Below the pieces are notes generated by a model. The model saw nothing but the letters and a program-made list of their open reading frames with translations. It made no database searches and was not told the DNA's origin. From Octopus vulgaris (lineage: Eukaryota): 64,000 nt of DNA. Both the position numbers and the translations under genes were made by a program. Positions 42,500 through 57,739 of this stretch are shown here, in pieces. The first letter of the stretch is position 1. Every line of letters begins with the position of its first letter. The stretch lies in NCBI GenBank assembly GCA_951406725.2, contig OX597831.1, positions 38,502,001 to 38,566,000 on the forward strand, given 5' to 3'.

Positions 42500-43911
42500 T
42501 TCACGTAATCATTAAATTTAGCTGCAAACAAAAGGTTATTGACATTATGCGGTCTTGGAATTTGGCCTCCACTTTCTCCAGCATTGCTCTGTCGATTTGG
42601 GTGAGTCCCACCCAAATAGCTTCCTCCAAATGGTCCAATTTTACGGGCTTATTCGCATCCGGACGTGCCTTGAAGTTTCCCCACATGAAATAATCACACA
42701 GGGACAAATTATGGGAAACGAGGGGGTTGCAAGGAATGTAAACAAAGCTGGAAATAAACCGTCACCGAAGAGAGGGCGAAGAACGATCAATGATGCTGTG
42801 GCTGTGTGGGCCGTTGCCCCATTCTGCTAAATCCACAGACGTCGAACAGGAATACGTCCACGATGTAATTCAGGGGCACAGAAGTTCTATATCATCTCGA
42901 TTTGACGCTCAGAGTTCACAGTAGCAGCATTTCCATTATTGTCTTCAAAAACGTAGAGACCAATGACGGCAGCACTTCCAACAGCATACCAGATCTTAAC
43001 TTTTTAGCCGTGCAGTAGTCTTACGTGCACTTCCCTCGGATTTTCGAGACACCAATAACGATATATATGTTGATTCGCTGTCATTCATTTCTTTCCCACT
43101 CTAGGCACAAATTTCCTACTCCAGGCACGAAATTTTGGGGAAGGGGGCAGTCGATTACGTTGATCCCAGTACACAACTCGTACTTAATTTATCGATCTCA
43201 AAAGAATAAAATGTATAGACGACCTCGGCGGAATTTGAACTCAGAATATCGCTAGGCATTTTGCCCAGCGTGCTAACGTTTCTGCCAACTCGTCGCCTTT
43301 GATTCACTATGCCACTGAGATGAAAATAAGCTTGATCATTCAGCAACAACACGAGGCCGTCAATTGCCTTAAAAATTGCTTTCAACTAATGTGAGAAGTA
43401 AAGCCGCTGTATATAATCCCATGGTTTCAATTGTTGCCCAGTGTACGAGTGGAAATGCGGGTCTTCATGCAAAATACGCCTTACCGATCGATCACCGATG
43501 TCAACTTCAGTGGAATGCCTCGAAGCAGAGCAATTCAGACTCCGTATCCGACGCATTACACATTTTCCGTGGTCCGTACCATTCTTGAGGCCCCCACAGG
43601 TCTCCCATTCATTAGTGTACCTCGTGTACGAAGTGCGTTCACTCAACGTAAGACTGTGTTACAGTTGGGAACGGCTTGATTTCGGCGAATGTTGAATTGG
43701 CGCCGAAAATCACGATGAACCGCTGTGACAGACTCCTTTTTCTTCTCGCAACTGTCGCAGGCAAACACGCGATGATCTATCGTCCCCAGCTCCACGGCTT
43801 CACCTGAAAAGAAAAACAAATGCTAAAACACCACAGATTGAATGGTACCTATAACCACTAGGGCTTAGTAATACCCATTTCAAAACCGTCCGTCCTCTCT
43901 GCCCCGCCCTG
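42500..43911 (-). mobile_element. Tc1/mariner remnant, DD41D (rosa/Visitor)-like
   Basis: 5' end TA-CAGGGCGGGGCAG. Peptides SVRRILH, DQAYFHLSGIVN, QNGATAHTA and CDYFMWG. About 41-residue spacing after frameshift repair. Confidence 0.75.
43085..43300 (-). mobile_element. SINE family B inserted in the Tc1/mariner remnant
   Basis: GACCTCGGCGGAATTTGAACTCAGAA...GCTAACGTTTCTGCCAACTCGTCGCC. Confidence 0.8.
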
Positions 43912-43925
43912 TATATAGATATATA

Positions 43926-44258
<333 letters not shown>

Positions 44259-44345
44259 AGATAATATTTTACTATAAAATTGGATTAACCCTAAATCTGA
44301 TTTTTCCCTGTAATTTTGAATTCATTCCCTAATATTTATTATATA

Positions 44346-44423
<78 letters not shown>

Positions 44424-44537
44424 TGTATATATATATGTATATATATATATATATATACATGTCAATATAGATAGAATACATAAAATAAAATAAAATAAAA
44501 TAAAAATATCTGTATATATATATATATGTGTATATAT

Positions 44538-44571
<34 letters not shown>

Positions 44572-44575
<4 letters not shown>

Positions 44576-44960
44576 ATATAATAGAAACAGACATATACTA
44601 TAAGCCTACAGACTCTAAGCAATATCTTCCATTCAATTCATGCCACCCCAGACACACCAGGATGAATATCCCCTTCAATCTAGCAAAAAGGATATGCACT
44701 ATAGTCTCTGACGCAAACACCAGAGACACACGACTACAAGAACTAAAAGATACCCTAATCACCAGGAACTATCCACCTTCACTTATTGACAAGTGCATTC
44801 AACGTGCCCTTCAACTTAACATCAAGGAACTGAGACATCCCAAATCAAAGAAAAACTTACAACCAAAAGCCTTACCATACATCTCCACACACAACCCTCT
44901 CAATAACGAAGCCTTCGACACCATCCTCCACAACATACCCCTCCTAAAAAAAGACCACAT
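44572..44960 (+). mobile_element. Penelope-like element RT C-terminal (thumb/linker) fragment
   Basis: [44 protein letters not shown]...LITRNYP...LPYISTHNP contains the PLE-typical YxKPT, SCHP and NYP motifs. Confidence 0.88.
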
Positions 44961-45399
44961 CATCATCGTTATCATCATCATCGTCGTCATAATCATCACC
45001 ACCATCACCATCATCTTCTCCTTCTCCTTCTTCTTCTTCTTCTTCTTCTTCTTCTTCTTCTTCTTCTCCACCCCCTACCCCTTAAGTTTGTCACTAATGT
45101 TTTTTAGTATAACACCTACGCTAATTCTATAAACAATCCTGAATTGAACTGAGACTGCCAGCCGCCACTGACCATTCAAAATACGACCATCAGGGCACTC
45201 CCAGATTCTCCCACCCCCTTTCCTCACCAGCCTTCCCTCTACTACCCTACCAAGAACTCACAACTACCTCGAACACACAAGTGCAAACAAGGGAGTCAGA
45301 GAAAGGCAGAATGCCACTTAAATCTGAACACTACTATAGAAATATTCTTTTAAAAAAACTTTTCTTCTAATTTTTCTAAATTTAATTATTTAATCGTTA

Positions 45400-45437
45400 C
45401 AGTTGAAAAGGTCTCAAAATGACCGAAACCGGTACTG
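45400..45437 (+). ncRNA. minimal type I hammerhead, U3-A8 core variant
   Basis: CAG-TTGAAAA-GGTC tcaaaat GACC-GAAAC-CG-GTA-CTG. Palindromic stem III ACCGGT. Lies downstream of the PLE RT fragment on the same strand. Confidence 0.75.
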
Positions 45438-45621
45438 AAATGTTCACTATAAAATTATTTTAGCATTTTCTATTTTTACTTGTTTTTTCATATATATATA
45501 TGTATATATGAATATATATATGTAATATATATATGTGTATATATCTATATACACATCTATATATATATATATATATATTTACATATATATACATATATAT
45601 ATATATACATATATATATATT

Positions 45622-45661
<40 letters not shown>

Positions 45662-45727
45662 TATATACATATATATTTGTATATATACATATATATATAT
45701 ATACATATATATTTGTATATATATATA

Positions 45728-47565
45728 TGCGCCTCCTTGCGTGTTGATCTGCAGCGTGTTCAATGTGAAGACAAACTCTTACTTTTAGGCTACTTTAACG
45801 CGAGAGTGGGATCAGACCATCGTATTTGGCATGGTATTCTCAGTAGACACGGCATTGGAAACTCCAACTCAATCGGTCTCCGCCTACTCGATCCTTGTTC
45901 TGAATCTTCACTTTGAATCATAAACTCGATGTTGCAACTTGCTGAGAAAGACAACATAGATGCACCCCAGATCCGAGTACTAGCACCTGATTGACTATAC
46001 CATCACACGCCACTCGCACCTGCAGGATGTGGAAATCACCAGAGTTATGCGCGGCGCGAGCTTTTGAACCGACCATCGCTTGGTCCAGTACCGGATACAC
46101 TTCCGAATTTGTCCTCCTATCCGTAGGAAAAAGCTGCTAGAGAAGCTAAATATTGGAACCCTGCAGTCGCATGAAGCTCGCCAGAAACTGACAGTAACAC
46201 TGAAACAATAGTTTGCCGAACTCCCTGATGTCGAGATTGGATCAACTGATGGACAAACGTTGACATCATAGTAGAACACTCTTGCAACCGTTATCACTAA
46301 CGCTGCCAAATATATACTGAATAGACGTCATCGAGACTGGCCTAATGAAAACTCGACGGAAACTCACTCACTCTTATGTGAGAAGAATGCTGCACACAAC
46401 TGATATGTCTGTCAACCAACAGCAGCCAACCACAGACATTGGATAAGCCTCCATTCTGAGGTCCAGCAGAAACTTAGAACCATTCAGTACAACTGGCGAA
46501 TGACTAAATCACAAGAAATACAAGGCTATACTGACACAAACAACATCCAAGTTTTCTACGAATCCATAAAGACTGCATACGGCCCAATTACAGGATCACT
46601 CTGCCCTGTATGAAACGATGATTCAACATCACTTTTCAAGGACCGAGAAGGCATTCTGTCACGATGGGCTGACCATTGCAACACCCTCCTCAACCATAGA
46701 AAACCCATAGACCCTTCTTTTCTTGACAACATCCATTCACTGCCACCCATCGATTGCCTAGATGATACACCAATCTTTTGAGAAATTGAATCTGCGATAA
46801 ATAGTCTCAAGCTGACAAGACATCCGGCATTGATTATCTGCCAGGCGAGATCTTGAGGTATGGCGGCCGGTCCCTCAAGATCCGCATCCATGCATTCATC
46901 TGCAGAGCATGAACTTCCCACTGTGTGCCTCAACAATGGAGAGATGCCAACATTTTTGCTAAAAACAAAAGTGACAGAGCAGTCTGTGGAAATAGCCGAG
47001 GCAGCTCCTTTGTTTTCGATTGCTGGTAAGGTCCTTGCTCGAATTCGTCTATCACACCTTCTGAGCATGTTGCAGATGCTGTACTGCCTGAAACCCAATG
47101 TGGTTCCCGAAGCACCCGCTCAACTGTTAACATGATCTTTGCTCACAGCATTTCTCCTAGAGAAGACGTGCGACAAACCATTCCCTTTACATGGCTTTTA
47201 TAGACTTAACCAAAGCCTTCGATATCATTGACTGTGATATTTTGTGGGGAATCCTGAAAACATTTGGCTGACCATCAAATTTTCTTGCCATTCTGAAGGA
47301 CCTCCACAACGGAATGATCGCCAGAGTCGTCTATAATGGCGCCCAGTCTAACTTCTTCCCGCTGCAAGTCTCTATCAAGCAAGGATTCGTACTTGCCTCG
47401 GTCATCTTCAACTTCTACATAGCAGCCGTAGCCCTCCATGCCAGACATTCATTCAAGCTGGAAGATGCAATAGCTAACAGGTACCAGACGGATGGCAGTA
47501 TTTTCAATCTGAGGTGCCTGAAATCTATAACAAAAACGTCCTCTCAACCGATTGGTAGGATCAGA
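45728..47565 (+). mobile_element. RTE-clade LINE fragment (APE endonuclease plus RT N-half), pseudogenised
   Basis: [74 protein letters not shown] and YQTDGSIFNLRCL. Confidence 0.88.
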
Positions 47566-47734
47566 CGTGATTGATTTATAACAATGTATATTTCGGATAA
47601 TATACCCATTCTTTTCACATATATGAGTGCATCTTTTCCCTGATTTATGAACTCTTAGACGACTATATAAGTTTAACTCCATAGATTTCTGATAGCTTCC
47701 AGAGACGGAACGCGTAACATGTGTGTAAACGATA

Positions 47735-48001
<267 letters not shown>

Positions 48002-49247
48002 GTAAGAGGCAGTGGTCAAGTCACGACCTTTACTATACATTTCGCCAGGTGTTGCGATTGTTCTGGGTGATACCCAGTCCCGTCTTCTGCAAAAGAAACG
48101 GCTGCAGTATGAAGGCAAGCTGACAGGTAAATTTTAGTGTCGTCCTAAACAAATTGAACCTTCTTAAGAATGTTGGTGGTAGTGCTTAATCGTTTGACTG
48201 GTTATCGTATTTTTTTCTCAGCATAATATTATGCAGTAACATACATTAAATGTAGTTTCTTAATCAAATTCCGATCTCTTCTGAACAAATATCAAAAGGT
48301 AGAAAGGAATATCAGAAGGCATATGAAAATAAATAAGGCATATAAGAAAATAAAGCTGCAAGGATTCGAAAATTAATTTTCTAGCCTACTGCGTATGCAG
48401 AGGAGAGCACAGCGTAAGATGTGAATATTGTCAAAGGGCTTGTGGAATTGATCTCAAAGCACCCTTTTGCAATTTCATTTTCGCGTTTGAAGAATATTTC
48501 TCTGATTGATTTGCTTACTCGGGATTAAATCCTGCAATATTTCTAGTTTTATTAAATACTTTTAGGAACGTTAAAAGCTTGTTTGCTGCCATGTCCCCTG
48601 TCACCATAAAATGCCTCGCGTTTATTTTGGACTTGTTTAGAGTTTTAACACTCCCAGAAGTTTATCATAATTTTTTCTTTATTTCTTTCTATAACCTGCT
48701 CGCCTCACATTTATCCTGAGATCTTCTGATGCAATTTCTCCTTTTTTATCGTCGTAAAAATTAATAACAATTGTAAATATTAATCATTTTCGTTTCCTAT
48801 GAGGTTTTATACGGTAATAAATGTTATATTTTTATATGAAAACGCTAAATGTATTTTAACCTCATTGCATGTTTTAACTGTAAAAAGTGTGTGGTGGGGG
48901 TGGGGAGAGTTGCTTATTTTTCAATATCAAAAGAGAGCCTTTGAGCAAAAAGAGGGTAAGAAACCACTGTCATAGCAGTAATTACATTGACATATTGAGA
49001 TAAAAGGTTTATCATTGATTTTCAATCGACTTTCGATTATATTTTTTCTCATTTATTTCTGGATTCAGTTTATGTAGTTGCGCAAATAACACAGCGCAAG
49101 GATATTTTTCCGTTCAATGCTAGATCAACGACGACTAACATCACCTAAAGTCTAAAATTAAAAGACAAACTTATTCAGTTATTGATATTATCATTTGTAT
49201 TAAAAATATCTTTCTGATTCGATTATTTGTAATATCCTTATATTGTA

Positions 49248-50020
49248 TTGGGTTGTCCGGAAAGTTCGTGCCGATTTATAGTAGCTTAACTTTCAACTTA
49301 TGCACAGGGACGTGGAATTACTTGGGTTGGTGCCCAGGCGCACGGTTGTCTCCCTTGAACTAGGAGCTCCCCCGTCTGTTGTTGTCATAATATCTCCCAA
49401 GGAGAGGAAAATTCTGAGAGAAAACCTGCGACACTGACGATATTCCATGATGTATTGGGTTGTCCAGAAAGTTCATGCCGATTTATAGCAGCTTACCTTT
49501 CGACTTATTTTAGAACATGGTTGAGTCCATAAAATAGGATTTTACTACACCTCCATTTAGAGCACAGTTTAAGCTCTCTTTTCGTGGGAGAAGGTTTATG
49601 TTACTATAACCTGTGTTAATTCTGTAACCCTTTAAAATGGAAGATAAGTAAGTTCATTTTCGGCACTTGATGCTTTGGGAACCAGACAAAAAGTGCTGCA
49701 GCTCGGCTGGGATGTGTTACCCCACCCTCCATATTCACCAAATATTGCTCCTTCGGATTTCCACTTATTCAGGTCTCTGCAGAATAGTCTTAATGGTAAA
49801 AATTTCAATTCCTTGAATGACGTAAAAAGATATCTTGATGAATTCTTTGCCATGAAACTACCTCAATTCTGGGAAGAGGGTATTTTCAAGTTAAAGGAAA
49901 GATGGAGACGTATTGTCCAACAAAATGGTTCATATTTGGCTGACTAAAACTGTATTGGCAACTATTTATTGATCTTTTTCTTTCCTTTAAAAATCGGCAC
50001 GAATTTTCCGGACAACCCAA
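49248..50020 (+). mobile_element. internally deleted mariner with a duplicated left TIR
   Basis: TA+TTGGGTTGTCC(G/A)GAAAGTTC(G/A)TGCCGATTT at 49248 and 49455. Right TIR AAATCGGCACGAATTTTCCGGACAACCCAA. Peptide LGWDVLPHPPYSPNIAPSDFHLFRSL...ERW...NGSY. Confidence 0.9.
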
Positions 50021-50768
50021 AACATTGAAATCAATAGCGGTGAGTTTTGTTATCGTTGTTTTATGTCGTCGTGTTTTTAACCCGATATCGATCGTGAGCT
50101 CGTTGATTTGCATAATCAAAATCCTTCAAATCACGATTTCCCTTAACATTAGTTTATTTGAGGTTGTTTATCTCCGACTACGTTATCCAAAGTGCAAGTA
50201 TGACAGTGCTAACATTTGTATAATGAAAGTAGGGGTTAATCGGAGGGGGTTGTCGTTACTACTTCTAGCAAACTATCAGCCAAGTAGAAAAGGGGTCACC
50301 AAATTATTTTGTCGTTAGTTTATTTTTAGTATATCTTAATATGGATCATGGCTTATATTTATATTATGTCATGTTACATATAAAAATACCCCCGTTGATA
50401 ATGCTTATGTATGCATAAATTTAGCAAATTATAATACTAAAGCTATCTTAAATCATTCAACGACTCAATGGCACACGAATGCATTAAATTTCAGCATTCC
50501 TTAAAACTATTCAAGACACACGAAAAAATACCTGAAAGGCCTACTTGGCGGTTACGTCTTATATGTTGCTGGTCCCTGAAGTAGAGTCTTTCTCATTAGA
50601 TCTATTGAATAGTCTTTAAGAGGACAGGGGGAAAAGGTTGATGTTAAATATTCTGATGAAATTGCAATGAAGCACGGGAAAAGCTTGATTGTAGCTTGGC
50701 ATCTATTTATAATTTGAGGGAGCATACCACTCACAATCTGCGCATGTTTTCCTTAATTTTTTTTTTTC

Positions 50769-51143
50769 GGAAGCACTCCGTCGGTTACGACGACGAGGGT
50801 TCCGGTTGATCAGAATCAACGGAACAGCCTGCTCGTGAAATTAACGTGTAAGTGGCTGAGCACTCCACAGACACGTGTACCCTTAACGTAGTTCTCGGGG
50901 ATATTCAGCGTGACACAGAGAGTGACAAGGCCGGCCCTTTGAAATACAGGTACAACAGAAACAGGAAGTAAGAGAAAGTTGTGGTGAAAGAGTACATAGG
51001 GATCACCACCATCCCCTGCCGGTGTCTCGTGGAGCTTTAGGTGTTTTCGCTCAATAAACACTCACAACGCCCGGACTGGGAATCGAAACCGCGATCCTAT
51101 GACCGCGAGTCCGCATCCCTAACCACTGGGTCATTGCGCCTCC
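50769..51143 (-). mobile_element. SINE family C, tail type 1, with poly(A) tail and TSD
   Basis: Reverse complement of 30997-31379. TSD TTTCCTTAAT (50748-50757 and 51146-51155); T-run at 50758-50767. Confidence 0.9.
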
Positions 51144-52379
51144 ACTTTCCTTAATAGGGTTGAATAGAAACTAAATGCTATGTAGTGTATAACCAGTTTA
51201 TTAGGTTTTTATTTTTGTTTTACAATTTAATGCTTGCACAAATATAATTGTTCACTTAGACCACTAATAAAACATTAGTAAGGAGATGGTATTCTATTAA
51301 ACTTTACCCAGTATTTAAAAGAATCGAACCTCTATGAAATAAGGAGATAAATGATGTTTAAAATGAATTGTAAAGGATGAAGCTATAGTGGAAATGGTTA
51401 AGTACCAAGTTAAATATAATGTTAGTATTCATGTGTCTTTCTCTATGCTCATAATTTAAATCGTGTCGCCGTCGACTTAAACTTTTCATTACCTTTTCAA
51501 GTAGCTGCAACCAAGATATATTTATCTACATTGTGTCAGGTATCCTATTCTTCCATTACCTGTAACCGGTCCTCACCGCTATATGGTATATTTCTGTTAA
51601 AAATATCAATGATTCGAAGTCGTTCTGCATTATACTGCAGAAGTCTCCAAAATATAGCACCATGCCACATAACCATGTTTTCACCATGTTAGCAACGTCC
51701 AACATAGCCTACTACACGAAGGGTTGCATTACCAAAAATGGTTTCAACAAAGACAGAACAACACAACTTCTTGACCGATGTAGCTTGAGACCAATGCCAT
51801 AAAAGATGTTCCTAGCAGAATACAAAATGTGAGAACTGATAGAGTAAGAATTTTTATCCGATCTTTTAAAATTTACAGCGGTTCACCACACAAAATCGTA
51901 CTTCTTAATTGTTGATGAAAAGGTGAAATGCTAAGTTGATCGTGGCTGAATTTGAAACTGAGCATAAAAGGTTCGAACATATATTGTGAGTTATTCTGTT
52001 GAACGCACTAACACCTGTGCTACTTCCCTCATTTGAGGCATTTAATGGTATCAACGGACAAACCGTTGTATGTGTCCAGTTGAACAACATTATTTCAGTT
52101 AGAATCGTCAAAGCACTCGGTGTCATGTGATACAAGACGGAACTATCATAATACTGCGATAATTTGAATCGGCTGCAATAATTAGCTAGATATTCTACTC
52201 TTATGCCGTTGTCATTTGTCATATATATACACGCATACACACACACGCACACACACACACACACAAACACAAATACACACACACATATAGATGTATGTAT
52301 AAGATATATAAATATATATGTTTATATATATGTATGTACTGTATATACACATATACACACACACGCACACACACACACG

Positions 52380-52453
<74 letters not shown>

Positions 52454-53472
52454 CCGTAAAAAAATTGCACCTATATATTTGTCTGTTGGGCGGATATATT
52501 CTATAAAATAATACACTACTATTAATATATTTATAATATATTTATCAAACGGAATCACTGCTAGATTAAAACGGAAAACTGCGTATCATACTTAGTGCGA
52601 ATACATATACATATATACGCAGGAGACAAACTTCCATGTTTTGCCGCCGTTTAAAACAAAAATAATAGATGAGGTTCGCGACTCAAAATTTTTCCAAAAC
52701 TCTGTTTTCAAGAAATCCTGTTAATTCTGTTTGACGCTCCGGGCATGAAATGCAAGGCCTTCTTCTATAACATTTAATTTCAAAGAAAACGATCTGTTTC
52801 TCTCTTTCAGCATCGACCGTTCATATCACGCTTCGCTAGAACGCAATTGCAATTACTGTAGTTCTTAAAACATCGACTGAATACATCGAAACCATAGCAA
52901 CAAAAAATAATGTCACTTGAGAAATCATGTGAGAGACATTATGGAAACATTTCGACGGGGACCTAATTACTTACTGTATAGAATTCTTACTTAAATGTCG
53001 TATTAAATGCTGATTCGCTCCACTATGCTTAACCTATATAAACTAAAAACTGTATGGCCACGTTAACAAGAGTGAACTCATAATGAAAATATGAGCGACA
53101 TACCAATTGTTGTTGTTTAAAAGGTACCTAGAAATGATTTTAATTAATTTAGTGTATTTTTTCATTCTGAGTTACAATTCTGTCGGAAACAACTTTCACT
53201 TTCCAGGTGTCGACTTTGACTTCTAATTTAATCTGTCACCAGTAAGGGTGTCTTATATTGTTTATTACCGTGCTGTAGCTAATGTTGAAGTAGTAAGTGT
53301 TGTAAAAAGCACAAGACAAACACGAAGTAAAAACAAAAGCACAGAATTCATTCGGCAGGTGCTCAGGAAAAAAAAGGGGGAAAAACAGAAATAAATGCCT
53401 TTGGAGTGTTCAAGATTATTGTAAAAGGATAGGCAAAGATAGGAAACCCCAAAACGGAGGATGTGACATGCT

Positions 53473-53474
<2 letters not shown>

Positions 53475-53542
<68 letters not shown>

Positions 53543-53549
53543 AGTTGTA

Positions 53550-53592
<43 letters not shown>

Positions 53593-53639
53593 TAGCAGCA
53601 GCAGCAGCAGAGGCAGAAGCAGAAGCAGCAGCAGCAGTG

Positions 53640-53673
<34 letters not shown>

Positions 53674-53702
53674 CAGCAGCAGCAGAATCAGCAGCAGCAC
53701 TG

Positions 53703-53753
<51 letters not shown>

Positions 53754-53785
53754 TTATAGTAGTAGTATTAGTAGTATAGTAGCAG
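53475..53785. repeat. (TAG)n/(CAG)n compound array
   Basis: Seen directly. Confidence 0.95.
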
Positions 53786-53810
53786 TGCTTGTTGTCGCAC
53801 ATTGCTGTTG

Positions 53811-54210
53811 CTCTTTTACTTGTTTCTGTCATTTGACTGCGGCCATGCTGGAGAACCGCCTTTAGTCGAGCAAAAAGACCCCAGGACTTATTCTTTGTAA
53901 GCCTAGTGCTTATGCTATCATTTTTTTGCCGAACCACTAATATACGGGGACGTAAACACACCAGCATCGGTTGTCAAGTGATGTTGGGGGGTGGGGGCAA
54001 ACACAAACACAAACATATACACTCATAGACATATATACATATATATATACATGTATACGACGGGCTTCTTTCAGTTTCCGTCTACCCAATCCACACACAA
54101 GGTTTTGGTCGGCCCGAGGCTATGGTAGAAGACACTTGCCCAAGGCGCCACGCAGAGGCACTGAACCAGGAACCATACGGTTGGTAAGCAATCTACTTAC
54201 CACACAGCAA
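53811..54210 (-). mobile_element. SINE family A
   Basis: Matches 39568-39950 with scattered substitutions. Confidence 0.85.
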
Positions 54211-54309
54211 CTCACATTTCAAAACTAATCGCATGTCAAAACTCTCTTTTCTGCTCCATCCCTGACCATCTCGTGACTTCATGATTCAAGATTACTGAAA
54301 AGAGTAGGT

Positions 54310-54652
54310 GGCGACGAGCCGGCAGAATATCGTTAGAACACGAACCAAAATGCTTAGCGAAATTTCGTCCGTCTTTACGGTCTGAGATCAAATGTCACCG
54401 AGGTGGACTTTGTCCTTCATCTTTTCTGGGTCGATAAAATAAGTACTGAAGTCGAAGTTATCGACTCACACGCTCCTCCGAATTTGCTGGCCTTGTTTTA
54501 AAAATTGAAATCAATATTACCGAAGAGAGTAGGCGTCGACGAGCCAGCAGAATATCGTTAGTATGTCGGACAATATGCTTAGCAGTATTTTTTCCGGTTT
54601 CACATTCTGAGTTCAATTTCCGCCGAGAGTGTCTTTGCCTTTCATCCTTTCG
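54310..54652 (+). mobile_element. two SINE family B copies
   Basis: GACGAGCC(G/A)GCAGAATATCGTTAG heads near 54313 and 54538. Confidence 0.75.
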
Positions 54653-54653
54653 G

Positions 54654-54729
<76 letters not shown>

Positions 54730-54784
54730 CGGAGATGTACTCGCATAGCAAGTAATTTGATCTGAGATCATGTGCTGAAACGAA

Positions 54785-55041
54785 AACAATTGCAGCGTGG
54801 AAGGTGTTTATAAGCCATTTAAGAAACACACAAAAGCCGTTCGATTCACTTCAACATTTAAGTTTAATTTGTCAAAATATTTTCGTCGCTAAAATCTGCG
54901 ACCTGTTCACTGACAGTGAACAGGTCGCGGATTTTAGCGACGAAAATATTTTGACAAATTAAACTTAAATGTTGAAGTGAATCGAACGGCTTTTGTGTGT
55001 TTCTTAAATGGCTTATAAACACCTTCCACGCTGCAATTGTT
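54785..55041. repeat. 257-bp near-perfect palindrome (128-bp arms, 1-nt centre at 54913)
   Basis: By eye the arms are reverse complements with a single mismatch. Confidence 0.92.
54870..54915 (-). ncRNA. minimal type I hammerhead, G3-C8 core variant
   Basis: Reverse complement TGTCA-GTGAACA-G-GTCGC agatttta GCGAC-GAA-AATATT-T-TGACA. Stem I TGTCA/TGACA; palindromic stem III AATATT. Confidence 0.65.
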
Positions 55042-55049
55042 ATATATAT

Positions 55050-55890
<841 letters not shown>

Positions 55891-56304
55891 TATGTAATAA
55901 TTACCAAGTCAACCATTAGGTTCGATGCAATCTACCAAAATTTCAGGACTTCTGCATATAGCAGAAATATCATTATAAAGAGGGAGATTTTGTGATTTAG
56001 AAGTGATTTAGTAGGACAAATAAACAAATAATAAATCATCACATATGCCTTCCATCGTTTTTGAAATCGATTCAACGGTCAGCGAAAACGTAGAGGGATG
56101 ACATCGATCCCGTGTTCACGTGTTCCAAATTTTATCGACGCGGATGGAAGAATTTAAACTCGGAACCTAATAAGTCGGGGAAAATTCTACTACGAATTTT
56201 GTACAGTTTGTTAACGATACTGCTAGAAAGCCGACATAAGTGGTTGCAAAATAATTCTTTCTACTATAGGCACCAGGTAAGAAATTTAGTGCAAGGGTCT
56301 AGTC

Positions 56305-56387
56305 CGGTGATTCCCAACGTTTACACGTTGGTTCCCAACAATGTTTGGGAGTGCGTTTTCCCACAGATGACTTTTAATGTACAAATC

Positions 56388-56430
<43 letters not shown>

Positions 56431-56433
56431 AAA

Positions 56434-56501
<68 letters not shown>

Positions 56502-56677
56502 TATATATATATATATATATACATCTCGTTCAGAGATTTATTATTGCTTATATATATATATATGTATGTATGTATGTATGTATATATACAAATGTAATTT
56601 TGAATTTATTTCACAGATCCTCAGTACTACCTCTGTGCATCTCTAAGGGTCCGAGGACCCCATGTTGGGAACCACTG
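56305..56677. mobile_element. hAT (Charlie-type) MITE inserted in a SINE B remnant
   Basis: TIRs CGGTGATTCCCAAC / GTTGGGAACCACTG. 8-bp TSD GTCTAGTC / GCCTAGTC. Confidence 0.8.
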
Positions 56678-57224
56678 GCCTAGTCGATTATATTGATTTC
56701 ACTGTTCAACTGATATTTATTTTATAAACGCCAAAAGGTTGAAAGACGATGCAGACAACGGTAGAATTTCAACTCAGAACGTAAATTGCCGGAAGAAATG
56801 CCATAAACATTTTGTCCGACGCATTTACGATTCTGTTAGCTCCACGCCTTAATCTACTGTTATATAATGGAGAGAGTCCAATCTATTATACGCTAAATAT
56901 AAAACCTCATATCTATGTAATATTATTCATTGCGACTTATTAATATTTGAAAGTTTAATCTTTACTTTATAAGCATCCTAAGGATATGACAATGGAAATT
57001 ATAACATAGGTTTAAATAAGTGCAGGAGTTACTTACCAGGTCATAACTTGGATGAATGGCTCTTTTAATTAAGAATGTACTTTCGTATGGAATGCAAGAT
57101 ATTATATGTAAATTCATTATAAATCAATTATTTGCTGTGATATAAATATGATGGAAAGTTTTATATATTTGAGTTATATAATAATATTTGAGTTCTTTAA
57201 TATTTGAGTAATATATATAGCTAT

Positions 57225-57281
<57 letters not shown>

Positions 57282-57476
57282 CTATGGTATATTCTGTTAA
57301 GTACGTAGTAGAGTAAAGTATAAATCTCGTTCATCTTTAGTTTTCACCCTGTGCTAACCAGTAGTAGTATAATACCTACTTCCAGATTTGCGTTTTGGTA
57401 TCTCTTTTGTGTGAACAGATAATGAAAAAAATTTTGAAATCAACAAGAAAAATACTGTCGGACACTTATTATCAAT

Positions 57477-57514
57477 CGCTACAATTGTTTCTACGCAACG
57501 TAGTTCTCTAGGCG
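57477..57514 (-). ncRNA. decayed hammerhead-like motif
   Basis: Reverse complement CGC-CTAGAGA-AC-TACG TTG CGTA-GAAAC-AATT-GTA-GCG. Palindromic stem III; core scrambled. Confidence 0.45.
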
Positions 57515-57739
57515 TGTAGGCACCTGGTCATGTAACCGTTTCCCTGCAATATGAGATTTAGTTGTGTTTGCTGAGGCAGTATATGAATATTGTCTCCATA
57601 ACTTCAAATGGTCGGCCTGAAGAATAACCTCTCCGTTTTTCGTGGCCTGAATTCAGTAGTAGTCACTGAGTTTAACAAGGTGTGTAGTTGTTGAAGGACC
57701 GTTATTTATATATATATATAAAATAATATGTTAATAGGT

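Noticed and set aside
52795-52870. Strong polypyrimidine-CAG acceptor
   Set aside because: Followed by early stops and no identifiable protein; cannot be supported without transcripts.
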